The notes under the pieces are model-generated. The model saw only the letters and a list, made by a program, of their open reading frames with translations. It did not search any database and was not told the origin of the DNA. From an uncultured Sphingobacterium sp. (GTDB taxonomy: Bacteria; Bacteroidota; Bacteroidia; Chitinophagales; Chitinophagaceae), in the NCBI GenBank assembly GCA_964631755.1, contig CAZVYI010000004.1:1-48446 (forward strand): a stretch of DNA of 48,446 nucleotides. The letters run 5' to 3'. Positions 29,721 through 40,118 of the stretch are shown one piece after another (the first letter of the stretch is position 1; each line of letters starts with the position of its first letter). The position numbers and the translations under genes were made by a program.

Positions 29721-30908
29721 TCAAACTGGTACAGTTGCAATAAATATTTCAATTGTGGTCTTCGCTTTGATCAATACTTCCTCCATTGGATCAATAAAAA
29801 CTGATTCCAATCCAGCAGAATGAAACTTGGTAGCGCCCACCCAATCTGCCTCCCCTGTTAAAACAAGTGCAATGGTAGGACCTTTGTAGCTCAACGCTTT
29901 CTCTTCACCTGCCCGAATGATCATTTTTTGAATTTGGAAGTCATTTGTATCACAGGGGTAGTCGCAGCAATTACTGTTTAATATTTCCCGTACAATTACA
30001 GGATTTGTTATAACAAAAGAAGTTTGAGCTAGTAGTTCCGGGATGTCAATATATTTATTCGTCAATCCTGCCCTTAAGACATTATCAGAATTGGCCATCA
30101 ATTCTATATTCTGCCCTTCCAGGTAAGCATGTAGAATTCCTGCTCCCTGAAAAATTCCATCTCCTTTTTTCAAGTTGAGGATGTTCATGAGGTAGATGGA
30201 AAAAATACCTTTATCGTATTGTCCCTCACTACATAAGTTCAATATGGCTCTGGCTGCCCAGAAATCGGGACTATCTTTTTCCAGCTGACCCGCCTGATAC
30301 ATTGGAACAATTTGTTTGGCCTGAACAGAAATAATCTCATTTACCTTTTCTTGTGGCATTGACAATAAAAACTCAAATAAGCCTTTGATACCTCCACTTT
30401 GAAAATGAGGAAGAAATGCGCTCAAGAATGAAAATCGATTTAGTCGCTCTTCTATATCTGCCGAAAACCCATGAAGCAACCAAAAATCACTCAATGCAAT
30501 CATTACTTCCGGCTTATGATTCTGATCTTTATAATTTCGATTGGGAGCTGACAAAGAAATGCCTTTCTTTTCTTCTTCAGCGAATCCCAGTTTTGCCATT
30601 TCTCTGCTAGGATGCACCTGTATGCTGAGCATATCCTTAACATCAAGAATTTTAAGCAAAAAAGGTAACTCATTAAATGCTCTAGTGGTTTCAGGTCCAA
30701 GGTGCTTTAATTTATCTGAACCAATAAGATTAAGCAATGTAGTAGAGGCACCATTACCTAAATGCACAACTCCTGGCCCGCCTGGATGTACTCCCAACCA
30801 ATATTCAGCAAAAGGATTCCCATCAGTATTAAGCTGGTTCAATAACCCAGGAAGAAAAGTTTTTCCTCCCCATGAATAGTGTTGTATTCGCCCTTGTAAT
30901 CTGTACAT
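29721..30908 (-). CDS. manA: Mannose-6-phosphate isomerase, type I
   Basis: YSWGG, AEYWLGVHP, LPFLLK, LSIQVHP, YKDQNHKPE, HAY and MANSDNVLRAGLT motifs. Confidence 0.93.
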   Translation of the reverse strand: MYRLQGRIQHYSWGGKTFLPGLLNQLNTDGNPFAEYWLGVHPGGPGVVHLGNGASTTLLNLIGSDKLKHLGPETTRAFNELPFLLKILDVKDMLSIQVHPSREMAKLGFAEEEKKGISLSAPNRNYKDQNHKPEVMIALSDFWLLHGFSADIEERLNRFSFLSAFLPHFQSGGIKGLFEFLLSMPQEKVNEIISVQAKQIVPMYQAGQLEKDSPDFWAARAILNLCSEGQYDKGIFSIYLMNILNLKKGDGIFQGAGILHAYLEGQNIELMANSDNVLRAGLTNKYIDIPELLAQTSFVITNPVIVREILNSNCCDYPCDTNDFQIQKMIIRAGEEKALSYKGPTIALVLTGEADWVGATKFHSAGLESVFIDPMEEVLIKAKTTIEIFIATVPV

Positions 30909-30965
30909 TTCACATGTGTTTATGCTAGCTCATGAATATTTTCAAAGTTAAATATTTGATTGCTC

Positions 30966-31322
30966 ATGGCAAGACATAATGAAACTGGAAAACTCGGAGA
31001 ATTTTTGGCAAGAGAATGGTTTATCAAAAAAGACTATACCATTATTGAAACCAACTGGCGATACGGAAAATGGGAAATTGATATCATAGTCATGAAAGAG
31101 GATAAACTTCATTTCATTGAAGTAAAAACAAGAAGAAATAGTAATTATGGCTACCCAGAAGATTTAGTAGACAAAAACAAATTGCGGTATTTTATATCTG
31201 CAGGCACGGCCTACATCAGAAAAAACAAAGGTTTCAGATGGATTAGATTTGACATATTAGCCATCACGCTTGATGAATATGATAATCCAAGCTTTTTCCT
31301 TATCGAGGATGTATATTTTTAA
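30966..31322 (+). CDS. YraN-family (UPF0102) PD-(D/E)XK protein
   Basis: G..GE, NWR...EIDII, FIEVKTR and RFD motifs. Confidence 0.9.
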   Translation: MARHNETGKLGEFLAREWFIKKDYTIIETNWRYGKWEIDIIVMKEDKLHFIEVKTRRNSNYGYPEDLVDKNKLRYFISAGTAYIRKNKGFRWIRFDILAITLDEYDNPSFFLIEDVYF

Positions 31323-31323
31323 A

Positions 31324-32406
31324 CTACTTTGATAATAATGCAGCTAATCGAGTTTGTAAATCTTCCCCACGAAGGTTTTTAGCTATGATTATACCATTTG
31401 GATCTATCAGGAAGTTTTGAGGAATACTTTGAATTTTATATTGAACAGCAACAGCATTGTTCCAAAACTTTAAATCACTCACTTGCGCCCAGGTTAGATT
31501 ATCATCTTTAATGGCTTTCAACCAAGGTTCTTTTGCCCTGTCCAGCGATACACCAAAAACAGTAAAGTTCTTATCCTTAAACTTGTTATAAGCATTTACA
31601 ACATTAGGATTTTCCTGTCGGCAAGGACCACACCAGCTTGCCCAAAAATCAACTAAAACATATTTACCACGAAAAGATGACAACTTCAGATCCTTCCCAT
31701 TTTGATCCTGTTGAACAAAATCTGGTGCTTCAGTTCCAATTGCTGCAAACTTTGCATCTTCAACAAGCTTCAAAGCGGTCTTTCCAAAATAATTGGCTTT
31801 TGCCTGATCGGTCATTTTTGATAAACGTTGTTCCATCACAGCAGGATCATCATTCAATTGCATCATCACCAGCAATACAAAAGGAGCAACTGGAGAGTTT
31901 GAATGACTTGAAATAAACTCATCAGTCTTCAAATTAACATCTGCTACTACCTCGTTATATGCTTTACGAATCGAGCCATCAGTATCCTTATCACCACCAT
32001 TTAGTTTTTGCGCAAAAGCTGAAAGCTTTGCAAAAAGAGGATTAAAGGTTGCGTTGAAGGCTACGAAATCATCATGTGATTTAGATCCTGATACTTTTGC
32101 ATTTTGAATTGTTTGTAAATCACCTTCAATTGTAATAGCAGAAGCATCTAAAAAAATCATCAATTTTTGTTGAGATCCTTTTACTGTAAGTTGATACAAA
32201 CCTGGTTCAGCTATTTCCCCTTTGGTTTCAAATTTATCACCGACAGAAATAAAGGTGGCCAATGGTTCTGGATTGACTTCATCATTCTTTAATACCATCT
32301 CCGACTTATCCTTCAATCCTTTGAGACTACCCTTCAAACTAAAATTTTGTACTTGTGAAAAGGCCAAAACCGGAAGGGCAAACAATAGTCCAATTAAATA
32401 TTTCAT
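31324..32406 (-). CDS. TlpA/ResA-like thiol-disulfide oxidoreductase with DUF4369-like N-terminal domain
   Basis: Signal peptide; DFWASWCGPC and cis-Pro loop SIP; ATGA overlap with hisIE. Confidence 0.88.
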   Translation of the reverse strand: MKYLIGLLFALPVLAFSQVQNFSLKGSLKGLKDKSEMVLKNDEVNPEPLATFISVGDKFETKGEIAEPGLYQLTVKGSQQKLMIFLDASAITIEGDLQTIQNAKVSGSKSHDDFVAFNATFNPLFAKLSAFAQKLNGGDKDTDGSIRKAYNEVVADVNLKTDEFISSHSNSPVAPFVLLVMMQLNDDPAVMEQRLSKMTDQAKANYFGKTALKLVEDAKFAAIGTEAPDFVQQDQNGKDLKLSSFRGKYVLVDFWASWCGPCRQENPNVVNAYNKFKDKNFTVFGVSLDRAKEPWLKAIKDDNLTWAQVSDLKFWNNAVAVQYKIQSIPQNFLIDPNGIIIAKNLRGEDLQTRLAALLSK

Positions 32407-32999
32407 TTTTGATGTCTTTGTTTTAAAATCGCAATAACCTCTTCTAAAGTATAGCCTTTACTGTTAAGTAAAAGCAAATAATGAAAAAGAAGGTCAGCTG
32501 CTTCGTTTAAAAATTTATCCTTGTCGTTGTCTTTAGCTTCAATAATTAATTCAACTGCCTCTTCCCCAACTTTTTGCGCTATTTTATTGATTCCCTTATC
32601 AAATAAAGATCTTACATATGAATTGCCCTCCTGAAGGGATTTTCTCGTTTCTATGATTCGTTCTAAATAGTTGAGGAAATTTTCACTTTGATTGACCTCG
32701 TTCCAACATGTATCCGAACCTGTATGACAAACAGGTCCAACAGGATTTACTTTGAACAAAATAGTGTCACTATCACAATCCACTGAATATGACACAAGAT
32801 TCAAAAAGTTCCCACTCTCCTCTCCTTTGGTCCACAACCTTGATTTAGACCTGCTGTAAAAAGTCACTTTTCCTGTTTCCAGGGTTTGATCAAAGGCCAT
32901 TTGATTCATGTACCCTAACATCAATACTTTCTGCGTCAAGTGATCTTGAATAATAGCCGGAACTAGTCCATCTGCAAACTTATCAAATGCAATTTTCAT
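32403..32999 (-). CDS. hisIE: Bifunctional phosphoribosyl-AMP cyclohydrolase / phosphoribosyl-ATP pyrophosphatase
   Basis: LWTKGEESG, DCDSD, CHTG..C, KVGEEAVE and EAADL motifs. Start placed at ATG 32999. Confidence 0.95.
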   Translation of the reverse strand: MKIAFDKFADGLVPAIIQDHLTQKVLMLGYMNQMAFDQTLETGKVTFYSRSKSRLWTKGEESGNFLNLVSYSVDCDSDTILFKVNPVGPVCHTGSDTCWNEVNQSENFLNYLERIIETRKSLQEGNSYVRSLFDKGINKIAQKVGEEAVELIIEAKDNDKDKFLNEAADLLFHYLLLLNSKGYTLEEVIAILKQRHQK

Positions 33000-33019
33000 T
33001 GATGTAAAATTAGTGATTT

Positions 33020-33772
33020 CTAACGGACAGGAATATGCTGGCTGCGTAAATAGGCCTTTAATTCCGGTATTTTGATCTCTCCAAAATGAAAAACACTGGC
33101 CGCAAGCGCTGCATCTGCACACCCATTTAAAACATCATAAAAATGCACTGGCAAGCCACCACCACCAGAGGCAATAACTGGAACAGAAACTGCATTCGTA
33201 ATTTGTTTTGTTATTCCTAATGCAAAACCTTCTTTTGTACCATCATTATCCATTGAAGTAAGTAGAATTTCACCTGCTCCTCTTTTAACAACTTCTGTTG
33301 ACCAATCAATTGCTTTTGTAACTGTGGCCGTTCTACCACCATTCAAATAAACATACCATTGTCCATCTTCATGTTGCTTTATATCAATTGCAACAACTAT
33401 ACATTGGCTACCAAATTCAGCAGCCAATTGATCAACCAGCTGAGGATTTTTAAAGGCTGCTGTATTGATTGATATTTTATCAGCTCCACAATCCAGTAAA
33501 TGCCTTACATCTTCAACAGAAGAAATACCCCCTCCCACAGTAAAGGGAATATTGATTTCATGAGCTACTTTTTCTACTAATGCAGTTAGTGTTTTACGTT
33601 TTTCATTGGTTGCTGTAATATCCAAAAACACCAATTCATCAGCACCTTGTTGAGCATACAATGATGCTAATGCAACAGGATCACCAGCATCACGCAGATC
33701 TACAAAATTTGTGCCTTTTACAGTTCTCCCATCTTTAATATCCAAACAAGGTATTATTCTTTTTGCCAACAT
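33020..33772 (-). CDS. hisF: Imidazole glycerol phosphate synthase cyclase subunit
   Basis: [29 protein letters not shown] and TSMD.DGT motifs. Confidence 0.97.
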   Translation of the reverse strand: MLAKRIIPCLDIKDGRTVKGTNFVDLRDAGDPVALASLYAQQGADELVFLDITATNEKRKTLTALVEKVAHEINIPFTVGGGISSVEDVRHLLDCGADKISINTAAFKNPQLVDQLAAEFGSQCIVVAIDIKQHEDGQWYVYLNGGRTATVTKAIDWSTEVVKRGAGEILLTSMDNDGTKEGFALGITKQITNAVSVPVIASGGGGLPVHFYDVLNGCADAALAASVFHFGEIKIPELKAYLRSQHIPVR

Positions 33773-33783
33773 AATTGTAGTTG

Positions 33784-34503
33784 TTATTGGACAAACCTTA
33801 CAAGGTCTTGTAAAGCTATTTTCCCTTCATAAATTGCTTTTCCCACTATTGCACCTGAACATCCAATCTCCTTTAACTCCTTTAAATCTGTTAAAGACGA
33901 AACTCCACCACTGGCAACTAAATTGATGTCAGGAAAAGATTCAATCATTTGTTTGTACAATGCTGTAGCAGGTCCCATGAGTTGACCATCTTTACTAATA
34001 TCGGTACAAAAAAAATGATTGACTCCCAAATTCATGTATTGCTCTATGAATTCGGATAAATCTATATCTGTACGTTCCAACCAACCAGCAGTCATGATTT
34101 TTTGATCTCGCACATCTGCTCCCAGAAAGAACTTCTCAGCTCCAAATATTTCTAACCAACTTTTAAATTCATTAGGCTGCTTGGCAGCAATACTGCCAAC
34201 AGTTACATATGATACGCCAAGGTCAAGAATTCGTTGTACTTCAGCAATGGTCTTTACGCCTCCCCCAAAATCAATGGATAGATTAGTTTCTGATGCAATT
34301 TCCTCAACGATTTTCCAATTTTTAACACTTCCAGATTTTGCACCATCTAAATCAACCAGATGAACTCTTTTAAAACCGAGCTCTTCATATTGTTTGGCCA
34401 TTTCGAGTGGACTAAATGCATATTCAGTTTTACTGGAATAATCCCCTTCAGTAAGACGAACACATTTCCCTTCAATTATATCGATTGCTGGAATGATTTC
34501 CAT
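33784..34503 (-). CDS. hisA: ProFAR isomerase
   Basis: [31 protein letters not shown] and GKAIYEG motifs. Confidence 0.96.
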   Translation of the reverse strand: MEIIPAIDIIEGKCVRLTEGDYSSKTEYAFSPLEMAKQYEELGFKRVHLVDLDGAKSGSVKNWKIVEEIASETNLSIDFGGGVKTIAEVQRILDLGVSYVTVGSIAAKQPNEFKSWLEIFGAEKFFLGADVRDQKIMTAGWLERTDIDLSEFIEQYMNLGVNHFFCTDISKDGQLMGPATALYKQMIESFPDINLVASGGVSSLTDLKELKEIGCSGAIVGKAIYEGKIALQDLVRFVQ

Positions 34504-34505
34504 TA

Positions 34506-35099
34506 TCAAGTTAATTTTAAAAAATTTTCTAAAATTCTCATGCCGACCTCCGCACTTTTTTCAGGATGAAATTGAACACCATAATATTGATTCCGCTGAA
34601 GTGCTGAACTATATTCTCCACAATAGGATGTAACAGCTACTGTATGTTCACCCTTATCAGCATAATAGCCATGAACAAAATAACAATAAGCTCCAGATTG
34701 AATTCCATCAAACAAAGAAGAATTTAAGTCGGTTATGTTATTCCAACCCATTTGAGGGATTTTTTCATTAGCTGCTGTAGGATTAAACCGCCTAACCCTT
34801 TCTTTAAAAATTCCTAAACAATTTGTGTTATTCTCTTCACTGTAAGCACACATCAATTGCATTCCCAGGCAAATTCCTAAAACAGGTTGTTTACAAGAAA
34901 GCAGTACCTTATCCAAATTTCTATCTCTGAGATATGCCATAGCAGAACTTGCTTCGCCAACGCCTGGAAAAATTATTCTGTCGGCCGACAACAATGCAGC
35001 ATGATCATCTGTAAGAACAGCATCGATACCAATACGTTCGAGTGCAATTTGAACAGATCGCACATTTCCAGCATTGTACTTTAAAATAGCAACATTCAT
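34506..35099 (-). CDS. hisH: Imidazole glycerol phosphate synthase glutaminase subunit
   Basis: PGVG, GICLGMQ, P.MGWN, YFVH and QFHPEKS motifs. Confidence 0.95.
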   Translation of the reverse strand: MNVAILKYNAGNVRSVQIALERIGIDAVLTDDHAALLSADRIIFPGVGEASSAMAYLRDRNLDKVLLSCKQPVLGICLGMQLMCAYSEENNTNCLGIFKERVRRFNPTAANEKIPQMGWNNITDLNSSLFDGIQSGAYCYFVHGYYADKGEHTVAVTSYCGEYSSALQRNQYYGVQFHPEKSAEVGMRILENFLKLT

Positions 35100-35104
35100 A
35101 GACT

Positions 35105-35875
35105 TCAATTAAGCACGGATTTTACAAAATTTGAAGCAGTAACTCCTGCATCTTCAGACCCTGCTAATGATTTTATAAATGCAGAACCAATAATGGCGCC
35201 ATTGGCATGGGGACTAACAGTTTCAAAAGTTTGTTTATCGTTTATACCAAAACCTACCAAAATTGGATTTTTCAAATTATACGACTTTATCCTGTTCAAA
35301 TATTTAATCACCTGGTCAAAATCTTTTTCTTTTCCAGTTGTTGATGAAGAAGAAACGGCATATAGGAAACCACTTGAGAGATTATCCAATTGTTTTACAC
35401 GTGACTCAGGTGTTTCTGGTGTAACTAAAAAAATAAAATCAAGATCATATTTTTTTAAAATTTCTCCATACTTATTTTCAAATTCATATACAGGCAAATC
35501 AGGAAGAATTAATCCATCAATTCCAATTGCTGCAGCATTTTGACAAAAACGCTCAAATCCATATTGTAAGACAGGATTCATATAGCCCATCAATACTACT
35601 GGTATATGAATTGATTTTCTAAATTCCGATAATTGATGAAATAAATAATCAATTGACATTCCATTATTTAAAGCTACCCCACTGCTTTCTTGTATAACAG
35701 GTCCATCTGCCAAAGGATCGCTATAAGGCATGCCAATTTCAATTAGATCTGCACCTCCACTTTGAATACCTTCCATTATAGGAATCGTACTATCTCGCTT
35801 AGGGTATCCTGCAGTGAAATAAACATTCAATACTCCTGAAGTTTTACCAGCAAACAACTGTTCTATTCTTTTCAT
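35105..35875 (-). CDS. trpA: Tryptophan synthase alpha subunit
   Basis: TAGYP, EIGMPYSDPLADGPVIQ, PDLP, VGFGI and IGSA motifs. Confidence 0.96.
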   Translation of the reverse strand: MKRIEQLFAGKTSGVLNVYFTAGYPKRDSTIPIMEGIQSGGADLIEIGMPYSDPLADGPVIQESSGVALNNGMSIDYLFHQLSEFRKSIHIPVVLMGYMNPVLQYGFERFCQNAAAIGIDGLILPDLPVYEFENKYGEILKKYDLDFIFLVTPETPESRVKQLDNLSSGFLYAVSSSSTTGKEKDFDQVIKYLNRIKSYNLKNPILVGFGINDKQTFETVSPHANGAIIGSAFIKSLAGSEDAGVTASNFVKSVLN

Positions 35876-35884
35876 ATTAGCACA

Positions 35885-37075
35885 TTAAATACTATCCATG
35901 ACTTTCATATAAGTTCCAAGATCTTTATCTCCACGCCCACTTAGACAAATCACATTAATATCATCTTTATTAAATTTCATATGATGCAATACTGCAAATG
36001 CATGTGCAGTTTCTAAAGCTGGAATTATACCTTCAATTTTAGAAAGTTCAAATGCAGCATCAAGTGCTTCGTCATCGGTGGCGCTTAAAAAGCGCCCACG
36101 CCCTGAACTATATAAATGCGCATGCATCGGACCAATGCCTGGATAATCTAACCCTGCAGAGATACTATGAGGTTCAACCACTTGTCCATCTGAAGTTTGC
36201 ATGACAATACTCTTGCTACCATGCAAAACACCTGTTAAACCCAGTTGAGTAGTAGCAGCACTCATTCCACTGTTAACGCCATGACCAGCAGCCTCAACTG
36301 CAACAATCTCTACATCTGGTTCATTCAAAAAATGAAAATAGGCTCCTGCAGCATTGCTTCCACCACCTACGCATGCTATGACTCGAGTAGGAAGTTCTAC
36401 CCCTTCCTTTTCAAACAATTGAACTTTAATTTCCTGACTGATGACCGACTGAAATCTCGCAACCATATCTGGATATGGATGTGGACCAACTACAGAGCCA
36501 ATGATATAATGTGTATCAGAAGGATTATTGATCCAATCTCGTATTGCTTCATTGGTAGCATCTTTAAGTGTTTTACTACCGCTTGTAGCAGGTACAACTT
36601 TTGCTCCTAACATTTTCATCCTCGCCACATTTGGAGCCTGTCTTTCAATATCCTTCTCTCCCATGTACACTATACACTCTAACCCCTTCAAGGCACAAAC
36701 AGTTGCTGTTGCTACTCCATGTTGACCAGCACCTGTTTCAGCAATAATTCGTTTTTTCCCTAATCGAATAGCCAACAGGATTTGACCAATTGTATTGTTG
36801 ATTTTATGCGCACCAGTATGACAAAGATCTTCACGCTTCAAATATATTTTTGTATTGAACTTTTTACTGAGACGCTCGGCGTAGAAGAGTGGAGTTGGTC
36901 TTCCTACATAATCCGACAACAATTGCTGGAACTCATCCTGAAAAGCAGGATCATGAAAAATCTCTAAATATGCACTTTTTAATTGTTCTACGTTTTGGTA
37001 GAGCATTTCAGGAATATATGCACCCCCAAAATCACCATAATAACCCTCTAGACTAGGTGTGGCAAAATTTTTCAT
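35885..37075 (-). CDS. trpB: Tryptophan synthase beta subunit
   Basis: KREDL.HTGAHKINN, AETGAGQHG, GGGSNA, SAGLDYPG and LSGRGDKD motifs. Confidence 0.98.
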   Translation of the reverse strand: MKNFATPSLEGYYGDFGGAYIPEMLYQNVEQLKSAYLEIFHDPAFQDEFQQLLSDYVGRPTPLFYAERLSKKFNTKIYLKREDLCHTGAHKINNTIGQILLAIRLGKKRIIAETGAGQHGVATATVCALKGLECIVYMGEKDIERQAPNVARMKMLGAKVVPATSGSKTLKDATNEAIRDWINNPSDTHYIIGSVVGPHPYPDMVARFQSVISQEIKVQLFEKEGVELPTRVIACVGGGSNAAGAYFHFLNEPDVEIVAVEAAGHGVNSGMSAATTQLGLTGVLHGSKSIVMQTSDGQVVEPHSISAGLDYPGIGPMHAHLYSSGRGRFLSATDDEALDAAFELSKIEGIIPALETAHAFAVLHHMKFNKDDINVICLSGRGDKDLGTYMKVMDSI

Positions 37076-37716
37076 CGCATCATTGATTTAATTAAACTAC
37101 CATGGAAACTCTTAACCAAATTCATATCTTTCTTTCCTGGCTCTAACTCAAACTTACTGTTTACGTCCACTGCAAAACAATTCTTGTTAAATGCCGCAAA
37201 AGAAAAAATTGAGGAGATGTCATTTGGACCAATACCTCCACTTAAAAAAAAGGGTTTTGAAATATTTGCTGAAACAACTACATCCCAATTAAATTGATTA
37301 CCCGTACCCCCATATTGTTTCCCCATTGCATCAAACAAAAAGTAATCTACAGCATTCTGATAAGGTATGATCTTATAAGATAGCGACTCCTGATCACTCA
37401 CCCGAAATGCTTTAATTGTCTTCACATGGTTAGAGATTTTTTCACAAAAAACCGGAGACTCCTCACCATGCAACTGCACCATATCCAATCCCCACTCATC
37501 AACTATTTGAATAATTTGCTCTTCACCAGCATTTACAAATACCCCAATCTTATGAATCGACAAACCAGCTTTTTTAACTTGATCACTCGTCATTAAATGA
37601 GACCCAACAAACCTTGGTGATTTTTCATAAAATATAAATCCTGCATAATCAACTCCAATCTCTTGAAGCTCTTTTAATTGTTCAGCACTTGTTATCCCAC
37701 AAACTTTGACTTTCAT
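37072..37716 (-). CDS. trpF: Phosphoribosylanthranilate isomerase
   Basis: KVCGIT, GF.FY..SPR, GVFVN, QLHGEE, GGTG and DVNS.FE motifs. Start placed at ATG 37716. Confidence 0.94.
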   Translation of the reverse strand: MKVKVCGITSAEQLKELQEIGVDYAGFIFYEKSPRFVGSHLMTSDQVKKAGLSIHKIGVFVNAGEEQIIQIVDEWGLDMVQLHGEESPVFCEKISNHVKTIKAFRVSDQESLSYKIIPYQNAVDYFLFDAMGKQYGGTGNQFNWDVVVSANISKPFFLSGGIGPNDISSIFSFAAFNKNCFAVDVNSKFELEPGKKDMNLVKSFHGSLIKSMMR

Positions 37717-37720
37717 TGAT

Positions 37721-38500
37721 TTAAATTTGTTGAATAAGTTTTTCCAATGCAACTCCTGGTTGATGGGTTTTCATAAAGTACTCTCCTATCAAAAAGACTT
37801 CAAATCCATTAGATTTAAATAACCTAATTTGTTCAGGATCGTTGATACCACTTTCAGCAACTTTACAGAATGAATCTGGGATTGCGGCAGCCATTTTTAA
37901 GCTTCTCGCTATATCAACATCAAAGGTTTTGAGACTTCGATTGTTGATGCCAACAAAATCAACAGTGCTGCAAATATGCCCAATCTCTTCCTCATCATGT
38001 AATTCAAGCAAAACTTCTAAGCCAAGCGACTTCGCCAATTTAGAAAATAATTTTACTTCCTCAACTGAAAGGCATGCTGCAATAAGCAAAATAAGATCAG
38101 CACCCAAGGCTTTTGCTTCGTGGACTTGATATTCATCAATAATAAAATCCTTTCTTAGAATAGGAATTGATAAATGGGCTCTTGCATCAGTTAAATCCTG
38201 ATCAGAACCTCCGAAAAATTCATGATCAGTGAGAATAGAAACTGCAGCAGCACCGGATTTTTGATAGGACGTTGTTACTTGAACAACATCTGCCTGTTCA
38301 AATATATTTCCTTTTGAAGGAGACTTCCTTTTGAATTCTGCTATAATAGCAGCAGCATTTGAAGATCTTACTTTCGTTAACAAAGAAAATGTTGAACGGC
38401 AATAATCAGATCTCTGCATTAGATTCTCTAATGGATTCTTTTCTTTTTGTTGAGCAATCCATTCTCGCTTCCTTAGAACTATTTTTTCAAGGATATTCAT
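37721..38500 (-). CDS. trpC: Indole-3-glycerol-phosphate synthase
   Basis: IIAEFKRKSPSKG, SILTD, LRKDF, GINNR and ESGI motifs. Confidence 0.96.
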   Translation of the reverse strand: MNILEKIVLRKREWIAQQKEKNPLENLMQRSDYCRSTFSLLTKVRSSNAAAIIAEFKRKSPSKGNIFEQADVVQVTTSYQKSGAAAVSILTDHEFFGGSDQDLTDARAHLSIPILRKDFIIDEYQVHEAKALGADLILLIAACLSVEEVKLFSKLAKSLGLEVLLELHDEEEIGHICSTVDFVGINNRSLKTFDVDIARSLKMAAAIPDSFCKVAESGINDPEQIRLFKSNGFEVFLIGEYFMKTHQPGVALEKLIQQI

Positions 38501-39498
38501 CACTTTGTTTGTAGAGAGATTAATTTATTTAATACACTAAGTGCCTTACCGCTTTTCAAACTTTCCTTTGCTGCGTCAAACGCAGAAGAGTAATCGCTAT
38601 ATCCATCAGTTAACAACAAAGCTAACGCTGAATTTGCAAGAACAACATTTTGTTGAGCAGTTGTGCCTTCCCCTCTTAAAATACGCATGAAAAGTTCTGC
38701 TGAAGACTGAACAGTATCCCCACCATATATTTCAGCCTGTGTAATATAGTTTCCTCCCAACTGCAGTGGAGACAGCATTGATTCACCATCACGTGTAATC
38801 AGTTTAACATCCGAAGTAAGGGATACTTCATCATATCCATCCATGGAATGCACGATGGCATATTTCCTGTTTTCCTGCTGAAGCAGATAATTATAAAATC
38901 TGGAAACTTCAAGATTATACACTCCCACCAATTGATAAGAAGGATCAGAAGGATTAACCATAGGTCCAAGCAAATTGAAGAAAGTACGAATACCTAAATT
39001 CTTACGAATAGGCGCTACTGTCTTCAATGCTGGGTGAAATACAGGTGCATGCAGAAAACACATATTGGTTTCATCCAATTCCAGTTTTAATTGATTGGCA
39101 TCTGACTTAAATTGATAACCTAGCGATTCCATGAGGTTAGAGGCCCCACTGACAGAACTTGCTCCATAACTTCCGTGTTTGGCAACAGGCTGACCAGCGC
39201 CTGCAACAATAAAGCAGGATAAGGTAGAAATATTAAAAGTGTTTTTACCATCACCTCCAGTACCAACAATATCCATCACCTTACGCTCTTCAAAATCAAT
39301 TTTTACACACATTTCAAGTAGTGCCTCACGAAACCCAATCAACTCATCCATTGTAATTGTTCTCATCAAATAAACAGTCATGAAGGCGCTTAATTCATGA
39401 TCATTGTATATCCCTTTGCCAATATCCAGTAAAACCTGCTTAGCTATAGATTTAGATAAAGACTGATGCTCAAACAAGAAATTCAAAATCTGTTTCAT
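38500..39498 (-). CDS. trpD: Anthranilate phosphoribosyltransferase
   Basis: DIVGTGGDG..TFNIST, KHG, RT.FNLLGP and DGYDE motifs. Confidence 0.96.
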   Translation of the reverse strand: MKQILNFLFEHQSLSKSIAKQVLLDIGKGIYNDHELSAFMTVYLMRTITMDELIGFREALLEMCVKIDFEERKVMDIVGTGGDGKNTFNISTLSCFIVAGAGQPVAKHGSYGASSVSGASNLMESLGYQFKSDANQLKLELDETNMCFLHAPVFHPALKTVAPIRKNLGIRTFFNLLGPMVNPSDPSYQLVGVYNLEVSRFYNYLLQQENRKYAIVHSMDGYDEVSLTSDVKLITRDGESMLSPLQLGGNYITQAEIYGGDTVQSSAELFMRILRGEGTTAQQNVVLANSALALLLTDGYSDYSSAFDAAKESLKSGKALSVLNKLISLQTK

Positions 39499-39517
39499 TA
39501 GGTTTACATTTTATTAT

Positions 39518-40108
39518 TCACTTTCCCAACCAATTCTCCATCATTTTTCTCCCCAAGGGCGTCAATACACTTTCAGGATGAAATTGTACGCCTTGTACAT
39601 CATACTGTCGGTGTCTTAATGCCATTATTAAATTAGATTCATCAACAGCAGTCACCTCGATTTCTGCTGGAACAGACTTTTCGTTCAGTACCCAGCTATG
39701 GTATCGACCAACCTCAATTTCATGATCTAAGTTTTTAAACCAATCGTTTTGAAAATGTGAAGGTGCAACAGATGGCACCAGTTTTATTTGGTTGCTTACA
39801 CCATGATAAACACGACTAAGATTAATTAGTTCAGCCCCAAAAACCTCACCAATTGCTTGATGCCCCAAACAGACGCCAAAAATTGACTTTGTTGAAGCAT
39901 AGTGCTTAATTAGAGGCAATAAAATTCCTGCTTCGCTCGGTATTCCTGGTCCGGGCGACAAGATGATTTTATCAAAAGCTGCAACCTGTTCAAGACTGAT
40001 TTCATCATTTCTGCACACATCTACAGTTCTATTACTAATTTCTTCTACCATTTGAACAAGGTTGTAGGTAAAAGAATCATAGTTATCAAGTATCAATATT
40101 TTATTCAC
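39518..40108 (-). CDS. trpG: Anthranilate synthase component II
   Basis: DNYDSFTYNL, SPGPG, GVCLGHQ, RYHS and QFHPES motifs. GTG start. Confidence 0.95.
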   Translation of the reverse strand: MNKILILDNYDSFTYNLVQMVEEISNRTVDVCRNDEISLEQVAAFDKIILSPGPGIPSEAGILLPLIKHYASTKSIFGVCLGHQAIGEVFGAELINLSRVYHGVSNQIKLVPSVAPSHFQNDWFKNLDHEIEVGRYHSWVLNEKSVPAEIEVTAVDESNLIMALRHRQYDVQGVQFHPESVLTPLGRKMMENWLGK

Positions 40109-40118
40109 GTAAATGATT

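Noticed and set aside
33000-33122. Cys-rich N-terminal extension of HisIE ([10 protein letters not shown]...)
   Set aside because: Alternate-frame read of the hisF 3' end; HisI similarity begins at ATG 32999.
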